NCBI GenBank assembly: GCA_038087875.1
Contig: CM075995.1
Coordinates: 7,070,001-7,134,000, forward strand
Direction of reading: 5' to 3'
DNA length: 64,000 nt
From: Malacoraja senta
Lineage: Eukaryota
Position numbers and translations under genes: made by a program. Shown piece by piece: positions 62,636-64,000 of the stretch. Below the pieces are notes generated by a model that was not told where the DNA came from, did not search any database, and worked only from the letters and a program-made list of their open reading frames with translations. How positions within the stretch are numbered: position 1 is the first letter of the stretch; every line of letters starts with the position of its first letter.

Positions 62636-63588
62636 TAATCATTTTATTTTATTTATTCTTTTACTGGCGCCTTTCTAAAGCCCAAGGACACCTTACAATG
62701 CATAGAATCACAAAAAAATACAAAACACATAATCGGAGTAAATTAAATATAAAAACACCACAGTACACAAATCAAGGACAGAATTCAATTTCAAGAGCAC
62801 CAAAAGAAAATAAGAAACACAATTTGAGGAGAGAGCAGCGGCGACCAATTCGCGCCAGCGTCCACTCTCCCCTCCGACCGCCATCTTGTACACGGACTAA
62901 CAGGCACAGCACACAAAAATCATCCCCCCACAATGACCACCACTGTGGGGGAAGGCACAATGTCCAGTCCCCAACCCAGTTCTCCCCAGAGTCAGGCCCA
63001 TCGAGGCCACCACAGTTGCCTCTACGGAGGCCCGATGTTCCTGGCCGTCGGGAGAGTCCTCGCAGCGGCTGGAACGGCCGGTTTCCCAGCGGAGTCGATG
63101 GCACCTGAAGCCGACAGGGCCGCGCCGATTTGGAGCCACGAGACTCCCGATGTTGGAGTCGGCGCCGCGGCTGGTCGTTCCGCAGCCCCGCAGCCCGGAG
63201 GTGTTGATGTCGCCGGTCAACGCATACCGGAGCTCCACCGCGTCGATCCAGCGCGGCGACCCAGGCAAGGCACCGCCCGCTCCGCTCCACGATAGCGCTC
63301 CAGCGCTGTGCCACCACCGAAGCTGAAGGTGCTGGGCGGTCCGCGTCAGGAAAACGGCGCTCCATGCCCGCTGGTAGGCCACGAGGACGGGTCGACGAGG
63401 CAGCCTGGAGAAAAAGCTGCCTCACCGACCAGGTAGGGACCTAGAAATAGTTTCCCCCTTACCCCCCCCCCACATTAAAAGTCAAAATCCCCCAAACAAA
63501 CAAAGAAATAAAAAACACTAAAACTAAAGAAAGAGTGAATTTGACGGACGGCTGCTGTTTAGCAGCCGTTCCTCCAAGATGGCGGCTC
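62636..63588 (-). mobile_element. ~950-bp non-autonomous GC-rich retroposon with L2-type tail, copy 2
   Basis: Reverse complement of 15530-16477. TSD CACATTA at 62629-62635 and 63589-63595. Inserted in a V-SINE. Confidence 0.8.
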
Positions 63589-64000
63589 CACATTAACACC
63601 ATCCTACGCCCACTGGGGCTAAATTTTACATTTACACCAAGCCAATTAGCCTTCAAACCCGTACGTCTTTGGAGTGTGGGAGGAGGCCGAAGATCTCAGA
63701 GAAAACCCACGCAGGTCACGGGGAGAACGTACAAACTCCGTACAGACAGCACCCGTGGTCAGGATCGAACCCGTGTCTCTGGCGCTGTAAGGCAGTAACG
63801 CTACCGCTGCGCCACCGTGCCACCCGGTTCACATTTCGATCACTCCAAAGACATACAGGTTTGTACGTTATCTGTGGAATTCTCTGCCTGGCGGAGGCAG
63901 GTTCTCTGGATGCTTTCAAGAGAGAGCTAGATAGGGCTCTTAAAAATAGCGGAGTCAGGGGATATGGGGAGAAGGCAGGAACGGGGTACTGATCGGGGAT

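Noticed and set aside
15530..63588. Inverted ~950-bp repeats 46 kb apart as ends of one giant element
   Set aside because: Each has its own LINE-type tail, copy 2 has its own TSD, and they are visibly diverged, so they are independent insertions.

Overview
Vertebrate genomic DNA, most likely a cartilaginous fish (skate/ray), judged from abundant HE1-type V-SINEs, HER1-type CR1 LINEs and Penelope-derived foldbacks. The only host gene visible is a + strand y+L amino acid transporter (SLC7A6/SLC7A7 family). Four consecutive internal exons (31865-32009, 43291-43414, 49191-49294, 59189-59285; 145/124/104/97 bp, GT-AG) splice in frame. Its 5' and 3' exons are not visible. The rest is intron-like sequence saturated with nested mobile elements: CR1, L2 and Rex1-like LINE fragments, V-SINEs, RTE-derived SINEs, a Penelope GIY-YIG fragment, a full-length but disabled IR/DR Tc1, hAT and PIF/Harbinger MITEs, a non-autonomous Helitron and long microsatellites. 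There is one 200-N gap. Most notable are (1) a TSD-bounded RTE-type SINE whose first base starts an HDV-like ribozyme fold, (2) Penelope-derived foldbacks carrying minimal hammerhead motifs, (3) a ~1.5-kb-arm inverted duplication inside one intron, (4) a Helitron carrying an exon-like ORF in phase with the transporter exon, and (5) the transporter possibly being a third, non-mammalian y+LAT paralog. All of these were read by eye and are untested hypotheses. Repeat boundaries are approximate unless a TSD or TIR is quoted.
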